A stretch of DNA of 64,000 nucleotides. Origin: Lama glama. Taxonomy: Eukaryota. Made by a program: the position numbers and the translations under genes. Each line of letters starts with the position of its first letter. Positions within the stretch are counted from its first letter, which is position 1. This document shows, one piece after another, positions 25,583 to 38,189 of the stretch. The notes under the pieces are model-generated. The model was not told the DNA's origin, made no database searches, and saw only the letters and a program-made list of their open reading frames with translations. The DNA lies in the NCBI GenBank assembly GCA_028534125.1, contig CM052816.1:74960001-75024000 (forward strand), given 5' to 3'.

Positions 25583-27336
25583 CTGAAGTAAAAGAGAAAA
25601 AAAGTAGCTACAAATGATTCGAACTTAAATGAATAGCTCTTATAGTTTAATCTTATATGTATAGATGCTTTATTAGACATTTAAATCTTCTAGCACAGTA
25701 TTTAAATTTAAAAAATAATCAAAATATCTAGTATAAAATATCTAACATAATCTGAGGTGGACTTTATAAGAAAACTTCTTAGGATTTTAATAACATGCTA
25801 AATGCATTAAAATAATCTAGCTTCCCTCAAAAAATAAAATAGAGATTTATGTTGTAGTTCAGATAAGCTAATCATATAACACAATTATAAAAAGTTTAAT
25901 TACTATATTCTTTGCTATTTATACATAAATAGTTCCTGAACATTTTCTACATGCCTGCCGTATCAAGATAAAGACACTATCTTTAGTTTTGCACATTGAA
26001 TCTTCAAAGAATAACCTGTTTCCCCAAATAAAGAGTCAGCATTTGGGGATTACGTATTCTGTCACCTAACAAAGGCAGCACCACCAACGTTATGCAGTTC
26101 AAACCAGCACCCCTAAATATAAGACTTTTTGTTCAAAAACCTTAAAATTACCCAATCCTAGTCCTTTGTTTAATCTACTAAGGCTAAGGAAACTGAGTTC
26201 TAATATCAGTTCTACCTAACCAACCAAGGACAAGTCAAGTTTATCTTTTTTTTTAGAGCCTCAGTTTCTTCCCTGGCAAATGAAGAGACTGAAGTAAATG
26301 CCTTTCAAAGTCCTTTGCTTTGAGGATAAAATGAATTAACAAATGTAAAGCACTTAGAACATTACCTAGCACACATACTACTTAAGTAGTAACTAACTGA
26401 TCTTGTGTAGAAGGCCTAAGCCAGGAAGGCAGAGATCATCACCCTAAGGAAAATGGCCTTATTCAGAAGCGTAAGGTCCAAAGGGGGTTTGGGGAATATA
26501 AATCTATTATCCCCAGGTCTTTTGTCTTATTCTTAGAAATAAGTTAAAATGTTTACAACTCTCCCATGTAAAAGAAACAAGACAAGCAGGAAGCCTTCTG
26601 GAAAGAAAGAAAGCCAGGCAAAGTTCAGCTAAATTGCAACAGCTCTCTGGAGTTTGTGAGTGGCTATTATAGGCTCATTCAACCACATATGAAGGCAGAA
26701 ACCATCTTCAAGTACCTGCTAAAAGAAAGCAGTGTCGGGTACCTAGTGCTATAAATGTGCATTTTGGAAGCTTAACTAAGTTTACTTTCTATAACCACTT
26801 CATCTTTATTATCCCTTGGCAATCAAGTAAGGGCATTTGAAGCACTCTATCAACCACAAAGTGCTACACAAATGTAGTTACTGTAATAAAATTATATTTT
26901 TTAATATCATCTTGCCTCAGCAGTGTTCAAAAAAAAACAGATCTTCTCTATACAGAGACCGGAATTTGAAAGGAAAGTAAAAGAAAAAGAGGGGAAAACA
27001 AAAATCTTATGGACCTGTATAACAAAAGTCGAGAATCCTAAGGAAATGTGAATTTTAGGGAAAAAAATTATGAGCGCCCTTACAGAGACCTCTGTTTCCT
27101 TTGAATAACCTTCAAGAGCTTGGCAACTGCACATATGAGTGTTTTATTTAATTATCTATAAAGGGAAGCAATCCTGTTATCTGCAAGACTTTCTTCCTCA
27201 CTTATCAACATAACCAATAAATTTCACTTCTCCATATACTGCCTCAAAGTTTCAAAGTCTATGTACTTTATACAGTTTTAAAAAAAAATTTAGTACTTTA
27301 AATAGAAAATAAACTAATTTCAATACACCTAAACTT

Positions 27337-28304
27337 TGTTTTTTTTAATTTTAGCCATTTTTTAAAATTGAACTATAGTTAATTTATACTTCTTGTGTTA
27401 GTTTCAGGTGTATAGCAAAGTGATTCAGTTATACATACATACATATACATATATATTATTTTTCAGATTCTTTTCCATTATAGGTTATTACAAGATATTG
27501 AATACAGTTCCCTGTGGTATACAGTAGGTCCTTGTTGTTTACTTACTTTATATGTTAATCCCAAGCTCCTAATTTATCCCTGTCACATCCCTCCGCTTTC
27601 CCCATTGGTAGCCATAGGCTTTTCTATGTATGTCAGTCTATTTCTGTTTTGTAAATAAGTTCATTTCTATCTTTTTTTTTAGATTCCACATATGAATGAT
27701 ATCATACACTTGTCTTCCTCTGACTTACTTCACTTAGTATGATAATCTCTAAGCCCATCTATGTTGCTGTAAATGGCATTATTTCATTCATTTTTATAGC
27801 TTAGGGTTATTCCATGGTATAACTTCTTTATTCATCTGTGGATGGACATTTAGGTTGCTTCCATGTTTTGGCTAACGTGAACTGTGCTGCTATGAACATT
27901 GGGATGCACGTACCTTTTTGAATTAGTTTTCTCTGGAAATATGCCCAGGAGTGGGATTGCAGGATCATATGATAACACTATTTTCATTTGTTTAAAGAAC
28001 CTCCATACTGTTCACCATAGTGGCTGCACCAATTTACATTCCCACCAACAGATTAGCAGGGTTCCCCTTTCTCCACACTCTCTCCAGCATTAATCGTTCA
28101 TGGACTTTTTAATGATGGGCATTCTGACTGGTGTGAGGTGATACTTCACTTCAGTTTTGATTTGCATTTCTCTAATAATTAGTGATACTGAGCATATTTT
28201 CATATGTCTGTTGGACATCTGTGCATCTTCTTTGGAGAAGTGTCTATTTAGGTCTTCTGTCTATTTTTTGATTGGGTTGTTAATTTTTTTTTGATATTAA
28301 GCTG
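27337..28304 (-). mobile_element. 5'-truncated artiodactyl-type L1 (ORF2 end + 3'UTR) with 19-bp TSD, in RIMOC1 intron 2
   Basis: Poly-T at the left; L1 3' text (GATATTGAATACAGTTCCCTGTG, CCCAGGAGTGGGATTGC, TTACATTCCCACCAACAG). TSD TTTCAATACAC(C/A)TAAACTT at 27318-27336 and 28305-28323. Confidence 0.92.
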
Positions 28305-28391
28305 TTTCAATACACATAAACTTCAGAGCCAACCCTCTTAAATGAGTAATCTGCCCCCACAACTTGTCAGAAACCACATCTGTTTCAGTAC

Positions 28392-28498
28392 CTGTGTGTA
28401 AAGTTCTAGAAGATCTGATGGATTTGAACATTCTTTGTCTTCTCCACAAAGAAGTTTCAATTTTTCTAGAGCTGCAGAGGCCCGAATTAAAAAGTGAT
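28392..28498 (-). CDS. RIMOC1: RIMOC1 coding exon 2 (DHFLIRASAALEKLKLLCGEDKECSNPSDLLELYTQ)
   Basis: Manual translation. Acceptor TTACAG|, donor CAG|GTACTG; 107 bp. Confidence 0.94.
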
Positions 28499-31229
28499 CT
28501 GTAAGAGATAAAAACATGAAGATTAATTCATATAGTTTGAGTGTTATTCAAACAAAAAAAAGCCACGTACCTAAAATGATGAAATGAAATTATGTTATGG
28601 CATTAGAAAAGCAGCATGGTAGTTAACAACATCCTTCACAAATTATGAAGTATATCATAATGCCTAATCTTACTTAAACTTATCATGGAAATTTATTCTG
28701 AAAAGTTAGACTGAAAATCTTTTAGGTTCGGTTGCCATTTCTTGAGTGCAATCTTATTTTCATAATACTGCTTTTATGATGTTGACACACTCAAAATGTT
28801 TAAGCAATAAATTGAAAACTTTTATTGAAATAGAACAAATAATGTACATAAATATACAGAAAGGGCTTCACTGAAAATTTAAAATTTTACAAATGTATCT
28901 TCCAAAATAGCATGATTAATAAAATCAAATGCCTCATAAAATGTAAGCATTCTGAGCAATTACAGCTTTATCATAATTGTGTTTATGTATTTACATATGC
29001 AAATAGCCATTACAATTAAAACTGCTATTACACAACGCACCTGCACATTTTATTCCTTTGAAAGCCGAGAAATGGAACAGATGACCTAATTGCTTCAAAA
29101 TCTGGACAAAATTAAACTAATTATTCCTGATGTAAATTCTAAAAACAACTCACCCTTTCTTCTCCCTACACTGTCTAATTTCTTCTCATCCTCTTACGTC
29201 ATATTCCATTTCTATTTCACCTTCTCTTATGATTTTTCCTAACCTACAGTGTCCATTCCAAGGTGCCACCCACCCTTCTGCATCATCTCATGTGGTTAAA
29301 TATGTCCACCATCAAGATGCTAAAGTCCCTGAGTTTGCCCCTCTGCCTCCTCCTGAAATATATATGCTTTCCTCGTCACTGGCAAAGGGACAGAAAATGT
29401 AGCACTTGTGAGGGCCCAGCTAATCCAGCCTCAGCATCTATACTGACAGATAAACTGTTCAGTGTTGGAGCAAAAGCACCACCAGCTTAAGTTGTGTCTG
29501 TTGGCAATCATAAGATGAACTTACGTTTTCCCAGGTAAGGCCTAACCTCTATCTAGACCAGATTCTGACTGTTGTTAAGTTCCACTATTCACCTAAATTG
29601 AAAGCTATTTCTTTGGCACTGCCCTTCCATCTCTCCTCAGCCCAGAAGTATCACCCATACAACCCAGAAAAAAAGATCCTATTGTGAACTGATGTTGCAT
29701 GGAATATAGCAATTCTTATGTGCTTCTTTAAACACTGAGTTGATATTTTCTTCTTAATTTGCAGGATTATTTTAAATGTAAAGACTTGCACTGAATTCAC
29801 TGAACCATTGCTGAGGAGTATCTCACAGGAACTCATGACATAATTATGGAGGTGGGGGGTTCACATTTTAGACATTTTTCATAAAATGTAATTTTTTTAA
29901 CCATTCAGTTAAGGTAGTGACTGACAAGGCAAAGACAAGTGATTCTAACATAATCCCTAGGAAAAGTCCTATGGAATAGCATCTGGCTGTAACTGATCTA
30001 AAGACAACAGAAAGTATCAATCCCTATAACCTAATATAAATATATAATTGTTATATTAAAGGATGCATTTGGAGTGTATATTATTTTTGTTGTACGGGAA
30101 AAGAATGTCAAGTTCCATTCACATACATGCAATTACATTTTAGTAAAACTTCATAGAATAAGAAAATCTTGCTAGTAATACTGATAAACAGCTCATAATG
30201 TGGACCACTATCATTTTAATTTTAGTAAATTTCAGAACTTCGAAGCCTCCAAACAAGAATATAGACCACTTTACTTTTATGTTCAGCTCTCATTTTAGAC
30301 TGGATTAAAGAACTCTTCCATAGAAAAATGAGAATAGCTTTTGGGTTCAGCTATAAGTGAATAAAATACATTCTCTGATCTCTGTAGACTGTTTCAAATG
30401 GAGCTGAAGTGGGGTGAAGATCATGGAATAATCTTATTTACACTGCCAGGTAATAGCTACTACTGTCCATTAACTATTCGTGTGATTCACTTAACCAAAA
30501 ATGAGTCAGCTTTAGAGTGGTCTGTGGGCTTCTTAAGAACAGACCCCTAAGAAAAGAATATCCAGCAAATAATCTTCACTGGAACTAGAGCCATTTTATC
30601 GTGGATCCTATTCAATAAATTCATCAACTATTCAACTGTTTGGGAAAATGTTCCATACTACTTGCCTAGGAATTCAATGACAATGAGACAGTCTACAAAA
30701 AAATTTTAAAACTATCTGCAGTAAAGGTGAAAAACTCAAAAAGGAATAGTGTAGAAACTACAGGCAGCTGAGAAGTAATCAAACAGAACTGGACTTCAAA
30801 TCAAAAGTCAAGGTAATTCCCTATGCCAGTTTTTCCTAAGGAAACTGCTTAGACATTCCCCAAAAAAGTGTTCTAGTACCGACAGGGCCTTCGTGAGAAC
30901 TGAGGTAATGAATAAGAAAGAATCATCTAAATTATATCAATATAAATCTCTTCTGTGGAGTACTGTTTTCAGTTAAGTTTAGAATCCAAAACATAACAAG
31001 GAAATTTACAACGCAGCAATGAAAATGTGAACCTATTCTACACGTCTAGTTATCTTTACTACACGCAAAAACCACCATTACTTTCTCGTGTGCCATCATC
31101 CAACTTTAACCACTCACTTAAACTTTCGTGTGCACACTCACCTATATCTCGCCCTTTTCCCAGTCGTTACCGAGACAAAGGCAAGGAGCACTGGTCTGTC
31201 TAAGATTTAAGCGTTTTTCAGGGTTATGA

Positions 31230-31890
31230 AAAACGGAGTGTCCAAGCAAACGCCCTGGCTTAAGGCAATGGGAGTTCTTGTAGGTAGACAACCGAGGGCA
31301 CAGCTGGGGCCAGAGGCGCAGCACCTTCGGTAGCTCTGGCCTCGGATCTACCCGGACCACAGGCCGCAGCCTCAACCCCTGCGGCCCTGGAGCGCCAGCT
31401 CTGAACCACCGCCCGCCCGCCCGCCTCCCTCTCCTCCGCTCCCTCACCATCTTCGCCGGCGGCTTCGCTAAGCTGTTGTATGTGGGCCTGAGCCAGGTCC
31501 CCGAGTTCCTCCACTCGCCTCGCCACACTGCTGCCTGCGGCCGCCATGGCCACAACGGGCGGGCGCACCCAGCCACGTGACTGCGCCAGCCCGCGGTCAC
31601 CTGATACGCCAATGCGGGCAGGGGGGCGGAGCTCGTCTGGTTGGTGGGAGGGGCCCAGCTCCCGAAGAGGGTCGGCTTCGGCCCACAAAGGTTACTCCGA
31701 GTTATTTTCTTCCTCCCGGACTTCTCCCTTCACAATCCTGAGCAGCAGAGACTTTTAGGGAGGGTGTGATGTCAGGACACGCCTCTCTCCCACCCACTCC
31801 TCTAAGCCAATCAGAAGCCACCCATGTCCCCAAGCTAATCCAATGAGAAGCCAGCTCTCTCCGCCGCGCTGACTAGGGAGCGTAGAAGTG
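31230..31890. promoter_or_regulatory. RIMOC1 CpG-island promoter
   Basis: CpG-rich. CACGTGAC 31574-31581, GTCACCTGA 31596-31604, CCAAT 31609-31613, GC box GGGGCGGAG ~31623-31631, further CCAAT boxes near 31807 and 31840. Confidence 0.82.
31448..31547 (-). CDS. RIMOC1: RIMOC1 coding exon 1 (MAAAGSSVARRVEELGDLAQAHIQQLSEAAGED)
   Basis: Within ORF 31260..31688. Kozak GCCATGG; donor G|GTGAGG; 100 bp; lies in a CpG island. Confidence 0.96.
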
Positions 31891-32571
31891 TCTGGTTGGT
31901 CTCTCCTGTCCATCCTGCTCTGCAGCTGTAGTCAGTAGAGCAGACAGGAAAGTTTGGAAAGTCTGGACTGTCTGGTTTTGGTTGCTTAAAGTATGAAAAT
32001 CCTGACTGGCTCTCTTGGAGCACATCCATATCTCTCAGTGGTTATTGTTGTCTGGATGGGACGCTCCCAGTCTATGCGGTTGAGTGTCGCTTTTCTAAAT
32101 CTTAATTTTATTAGCTAGGTTTTGTTTTGTTGCTGATCTGCTTTGGCCAGTTCACATTTAACATACTCCTTTCACGTCTAATAGCACCAAAACTTTTTTT
32201 TACAGAAATTTCTATTGCTATACATCTTGAGACCATCCCTTAAAGCGCTCATTGTGTGCAGAGTTCATCCTCTCCACTCTCCACTGTGAGTTTCAAAGCA
32301 CTTAGTCAAGAGTTTCACTTCCACTTTGCTTTCACCCTTTTCTTGCCTGAAGTCAAACCTACCTTTAGCTTGTGTTTTTTTGTTTTGTTTTGTTTTGTTG
32401 CTTTGTTTTGTTGCTTTCCAGTTTGACACAGTACATTTTGGATACTCTCCACCCTATCATTTCTTATGAAAGGTAGTTTATATTTAAAAGGAAATAATAA
32501 AAATAATTGCCAACTAAAAATTATTGCTTGCCATCTGGTTCTACAAGAGGGAAGTCACTAGCCAGTGCAGT

Positions 32572-32967
32572 TGTTGACCTTCAACACACTTTGAAAGGAA
32601 TTCAGGGCAGAGATCAGGAATGAGGTACTCGGAGCTTTGGGAAAAACTGGCAGAACAGGCCTTCGGATAGATATTTTCAGGAGAAGATTTTATGAGCCTA
32701 ATTTCTTGCATCCTTTCATACCTAGAAAAACACTAAAATCATTAACGGAGACATGTTTCTCATAGCAGCAACCTTCTGCCAAAATGTGCTTGATTGCACG
32801 TATCCCAACTTCACTAAAATCACATATAAACTGACCTCCCTACCTACCTCTTAGGGGTAATACCTCAGAGTTTCTGAGAGGCTGTTTCCAGGGTTATAGT
32901 CCTCATCAGTCCCCAAATAAAACTTGATGCACAGCTCTCACATTGTACATTTTTATTTCAGTTGACA
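32572..32967 (+). mobile_element. ERV1-class solo LTR
   Basis: TG...CA termini (TGTTGAC...GTTGACA), TATA-like CATATAAA ~32823, AATAAA 32916-32921; ~396 bp. Confidence 0.78.
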
Positions 32968-33765
32968 TGGGGGCATAGTGTGTCATAATTTGTAAGTGAT
33001 TGACCACAATGGCTTCCTAACTGAACTTTGTAACACCTTTCTTTCTCCTTTAATTCACCTTAAACAGAGGAGACAGAAATCATGTATCTATTTTGTATCC
33101 TCAGTGATTCCTACAGTGCCTGACACATAAATTCTCAGGAAATGTTTATTAATTAAACAAAAATGTCATGTTATCTTGTCAGTATATTACTCTCTAATCA
33201 GGAAGCTGAAGGCCTGGAAGTTTGCATTATGTGATCAATGTGGGCTAAAGAATCGAAACTCTAGTAAGTATTTGACATCTCAAAATGCCAAGCTTCACTA
33301 AGTGTATTATTTAAAATAAAATTTACAGTTCTAATCATTCAATAAATAACCATGGACTTTCCTTTAGTGTTTTTAATGATATCCATATTACCTGAAAGAT
33401 ATATCTGCCAGATAAACTAACTCTAGTAAGTGTCACTTTACTGCAATATCAAATAATTTCCAAGTTCTGTGCTTTATCAGGAACATGACATTTAAAGATA
33501 GGGTAGATTACTATAAGTTCACTGGAATCTTAACAATGTTAATATTTCTAAAACAAATTAGTAGAAACACATTGAAACATTGCAAATAATTGTTATTTAC
33601 CTTGCCACGATTCTATTAAAAGCACTTTGATTTATATTACCAGTTTTTAAATTCCTATTAAGCAAATATTTTAAAACCATGTCCACATAGAACATGAATT
33701 TCAACAGACAGATCAGACACACTAGCTTCCTAAAATCCCAAAGAACTTATCTTAAGGAAAAGCAT

Positions 33766-34185
33766 TGTATTATACAGGATAATTTGGGCTGCAGATCTCA
33801 GCAAACACAACTACAATGTAAACAATGAGGAAATACATGGTTTGGAAAATGAATCCCAGAGGTAGGACAGGCTTCAGTGCTGACTTAAACCAGTAGCCCC
33901 AGCTCCATTTCTCTGCATACCTCTTGGTTCTGCAGATAAGTGTTGACTTCATCCTCAACCTGACAGTGAAAGGGCTACACCCATCCCAGGCCTCATATCT
34001 AAGAAAACTACTGTCAGAGGAAGAGAGAGGCAGGTACTACTGGAATTTCTCAGAATTATAAAGAAGAACTTCTCCAGAATTTCATATCAAGCTTTTCCTC
34101 ACGTTTCATTGGTTCAATCTAGGTCACATGCTGGTCTCGAACCAGTTACTGATAGTATTTAAATTACCCTTATACAGATCAGGTC
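33766..34185 (-). mobile_element. Old MLT1-type LTR, interrupted by MLT2
   Basis: GGCTTCAG...CTCCATTTCTC...CTTCATCCTCA...TTTCATTGGTTCAATCTAGGTCACATGC pattern. Confidence 0.6.
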
Positions 34186-34457
34186 TGTATCAGTCAGGGC
34201 TCTCCAGAGAAACAGAATCACTAGAGGAGAGAGAGAGAGAGATCGAGAGATCACAAGGATGATCGTAAGAAGTGATTATACATAAAGAGATATACAAATA
34301 TGGACATACACATGCACACCACAAGAGCAGTCTCCTTGAGGTCAAATGATACATGTTAATGACATGAGCTAAATACTTCACAGCAATACCTAGGTTAGTA
34401 CTTGGTTAGGAAACTGAATACTGTCGCCTACTGAAGCTGACACATCAAACTATCACA
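34186..34457 (-). mobile_element. MLT2 (ERVL) LTR, internally deleted, with (GA)n
   Basis: TGTATCAGTCAGGGCTCTCCAGAGAAACAGAA...GCTGACACATCAAACTATCACA; flanks AGGTC/AGTTC (4/5-bp TSD). Confidence 0.8.
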
Positions 34458-35231
34458 AGTTCCATTTCCAAACCTGTACAGAGTGTGTTGAAGAAGGGTG
34501 AAAATGAGAATCTGTACAAAACCAATCAAGAACTTGTCATTAACTTAGCACAAAGCCAAAGCCCAAGGACATGGCTTTGTGCCTGTTAATAAGAAAAATC
34601 CATCATTTAATTTCTAAATATTTAATCTATTGAAGTAAAAGTTCTCTGTACCTCATTGTATAATGTTGTTTATATCAAGTTCGGAGATTTTTTTAAAAAC
34701 TGATTTTAATGTACTTAGGCCAGGCACAGGTTTAGCAGCTTTAGTTTTTCTCAATTTATCAATAAAAATGAAGAGACAGTAAAATACAATACAAGAGAGA
34801 ATTTAACACTTTTTCAATTTAAAAATTCAACACTGCCAGAATTTAATGGTTTCATTTCTTGCACATTATCCAGAAAGCTGACTTTTGACTTTATTGGCAT
34901 AATAATTGGCCTCCGGCAAATGCAGTTTACTTTTCCTGACTCAAAACAACTTACGCCCAACTTAAGTCATTTGAGCTCAGCTACTTCCAACCATATTACT
35001 AAGCCCTACGTCCTCAGGGAAGGGGAGTCCTACAATCTCCAATCTGCTTTTATGTCCTCATGACCTTAGTATCTCGAGCAACCTTTCCCAAGATTCTTCC
35101 TAAGAATCATCTTCCTCCCACCTTTTTCACGGTACACCCCCAAACTCTTGCTCCAATGTTAATAAATGCCTCCATCTCCTCAAAATTTTCTTGTATTTAC
35201 TTCAGTGGACACTTTATTAACAGTTCACCTG

Positions 35232-36478
35232 CCACCCCCAACCCCCGCGAGTCCCAGCAGCTCGGGCGGCGGGAGGAGAGGCAGCGGCCAGGCAGCCCCG
35301 CTTCGCGAAGGCTCTGGGCTCGCAGCGAGCCGCTGGCGCCACGCAGGCGCCCAGGATGCCGGAGAGCAAGCTCAGCTCTGCCAAGGGTGGGGTGCGAAGG
35401 AGGAACCCAAGAGGAGACTGGCGAGATTGTCAGCTAAACTCGCTCCTGCAAAAGTGGAAACGAAAGCAAAAAACCAAAGCAGGAAAGGATATATCTTCAG
35501 ACAAAAAAAAGTGCAAATAAAAGGGAAAAGGGGAGCAAAGAGTAAACAGGCTGACGTGGCTAACCAAGAGACTAAAGATTTGCCTGCAGAAAATGGAGAA
35601 ACTAAAAACGAGGAAAGCCCAGCCTCTAATAGGGCAGGAGAGAAAGCAGACAAGGCTGATTAACAACATACACCCGGTCTTAGCACTGGTCCCTGTCTCC
35701 CTTCTTGTACAGTCCAGAGGAATATTTTTATCAACTATTTTGTAAATGCAAGTCTTTTTTTTGTAGCTCTAGAAACATTTTTAAGAAGGAAGGAATCCCA
35801 CCTTATCCCATATTTAAAGTGTAAATGCTTTTTTTAAGAGGTGAAATCATTCACCGGTTGTTTATTTTTCAGTACAACCAGAAAATAGTGGGATATCGAA
35901 TATATGGGAGGCGTTGATTGTCCTCGGTGTGAGCTTAACATTCCATAGCTGGGAGTAGTTTTTTATATCCTGTAATACAGAGCATACTTAAATCGCAATT
36001 TGAAGTCAGTTGTGCATTTATTATGTCCTGAACACTTTAAATTACTTCTCTTCCCATGCTGTTTTTGGTAGAATTGTTTCCTAAAGCAAACCATTTCTTG
36101 ATCTTTGCTCTCCTTGTCAGAATTTTATGCACTCTGTAACGACTTTGGTCATAGCAGTCCAGTTTTGTAGTAACTTTGTTAATGTGCTGTGAATGATTGA
36201 AAATTTGAGTATGTAGTGTAATGATTTTAAATTGTGAATTAGTGGGGCTTAGAACAGCATTACCAACATTTGATGATATTGGTGTTTGATATCCTGTTAA
36301 GGATAACTTGCCTACAAATTTTAAGCTGGAAAGTCACTGGAATAACTGGAAAAGAATCACAACTACATGACTTTTTAGATTTTTGGTATGTAAGTAAAGA
36401 ATTGTGTACAAATTGAAATGCTGGTGTACTGGTCATCAAAACAACCAATAAAATCTCAATTATGTAAAAAAAAAAAAA
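35232..36478 (+). pseudogene. HMGN1: HMGN1 (HMG-14) processed pseudogene with 5'UTR, frameshifted CDS remnant 35356-35663, full 3'UTR and poly(A)
   Basis: Intronless. Contains MPESKLSSA / KEEPKRRLARLSAK / AGKDISSDKK / GKRGAK..VANQETKDLPAENGETKNEESPAS in alternating frames (3 frameshifts). AATAAA at 36447-36452 and A13 tail at 36466-36478. Confidence 0.93.
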
Positions 36479-37264
36479 CAATCTGCTTGAGGTCAAGCTC
36501 CCTGACCATTTCTCTGTTCCCCTCTACTGACCTATGGATCCCTCTCTTACATTTGGTAAAGACACTGAATCTTCATTTGCATGATTTATCTTCACCCTAA
36601 ACACTGCCATAATCCTAAAATAGCCCAATATCCTGGTAGACTAATGAACCAGGCTATGGATCTCACAAGCCTTAAACTCCAAAACTCAATCTCTGACTAC
36701 TTCTCATATATCCTTTACAATTCTCTTATGATCTCACACTATAGCAGATCTTTGATCTAGAAAAATCTTTTGGTGAAATTTTCTCTCCATCCTTTTAGAG
36801 CCTGTCTTTATAGCCTGGGTCACAAGATTGATCACCTGAACCAGCACTTCAGTGTCCTACCTTTCACTCTGCAAAACCCAACCAATCTTTAATGAATTAT
36901 CCTCTGCCCTGCAACTCAGGTATTAAGCTCTGAAACACAACCTTATTGCCATGCAGAATGATGCCACTACAAATTGAGCTGGATCCTTCATGCTGCCTGG
37001 CAGTCCTTTGTCACTTGTCTTTAGTCTGCTTCCTCTGGTGAACTTCCCAACATTAATCTTCTTGACGGCATTATTTCACCAAACATCTCTGCAGCATATG
37101 ACACTGTTTATCACACTGTTCAGCACAATTTCTTCTGAGTACTCTCTAGAGTTTCTTAGTTCAGTGACTCAACACTTGATCCTCTTTGTTCCTCTGTGAT
37201 AATTTACTTCTGTACTGTCCCTTTCATGGAATTAACTTTTTCTACCATCCTGCTAAATGTTGAG

Positions 37265-37688
37265 TGTATTAGTGTTAGAATCCTCTGGAAATGCACACTA
37301 AAATGGAGATGTGTGTGGTTTTTTGGAATGCTCTCAGGAAGATTATCTGTGAGAGAGGCAGGATTGGGCAGGAGAGGAGTTGAACTGTGATGCAGTGGAC
37401 ACAGCCGATCTTACACTGAATTCTTGAATTCAAGGATGGCCCTTAACTGATGTCACAAACTGACGCAAAGGGGCCAACATTTGTATTTCTACATTGATTC
37501 TGACATTGGATGAGGGACCTCCCTAGAGAATGGGCTCGATTGCAAAGCATCCCTCTTGCGCAAAGGGCAATTTTACAGAGGTGATACAGCTGTGAGCCAT
37601 CAGCAGGCAGTGCTCCCAGCATCTGGGGAAGTGAGTGCCTTGGTTGTGAAGGGGGGAACTATTAGGGTGCACTATAGCTTCTACTACA
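37265..37688. mobile_element. Ancient ERVL-type LTR (LTR16/LTR33-like), inserted in L2 remnants
   Basis: TG...CA ends; GCAGGATTGGGCAGGAGAGGAGTTGAACTGTGATGCAGT motif. Family uncertain. Confidence 0.55.
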
Positions 37689-37975
37689 GTGAGAAGTTCT
37701 GTCTTCAGCTCACAGGTCTTCTTGCTTCTCATAGTCCTTCTGCCCTGCTTAATATACCTCACTCTTATGGCTTCAGCTGCCACATAAACTAATGACACCC
37801 AGATCTATTTCCAACTCACACCTCTTAGCTGAGTGTCACACTTCTATACACTCACATATATACTCATATAAAACTGTCTACTGGGCATTTTCAGCCGCAA
37901 ATGACGTAGGCATTTCAAATTTACAATGTCCAAACCCAGACTCATCATCCCCACCCCTCTGCCCTTCTAGTCATC

Positions 37976-38052
37976 CACAGTTCCTATCATAGAATCATCC
38001 TTGAATCCTATCCATCACAGTTCCTATCATAGAATCATCCTTGAATCCTATC
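37976..38052. repeat. Tandem duplication: two identical 37-bp copies, period 40
   Basis: CACAGTTCCTATCATAGAATCATCCTTGAATCCTATC at 37976-38012 and 38016-38052. Confidence 0.95.
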
Positions 38053-38189
38053 ACTCATTCAGTCCCACTCCAGTTCAATCCAACCAGTCTTGAATATTGT
38101 ACCTTCTTTCCGTTTCTATGTAGAGGTGAACAACTATCCAAACCAGGTGATTAATATCTTCAGTTTCATTAAGAGGATGATTAACCCAT

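Noticed and set aside
35040..35049. CAATCTGCTT also found right after the HMGN1 poly(A) tail (36479-36488), a possible TSD
   Set aside because: It lies ~190 bp upstream of the apparent retrocopy start with unrelated DNA in between. A 10-bp match may be chance, so the TSD is left unresolved.
37976..38052. 37-bp direct repeats as a CRISPR array
   Set aside because: Only two copies with a 3-nt spacer, in mammalian DNA with no cas genes.
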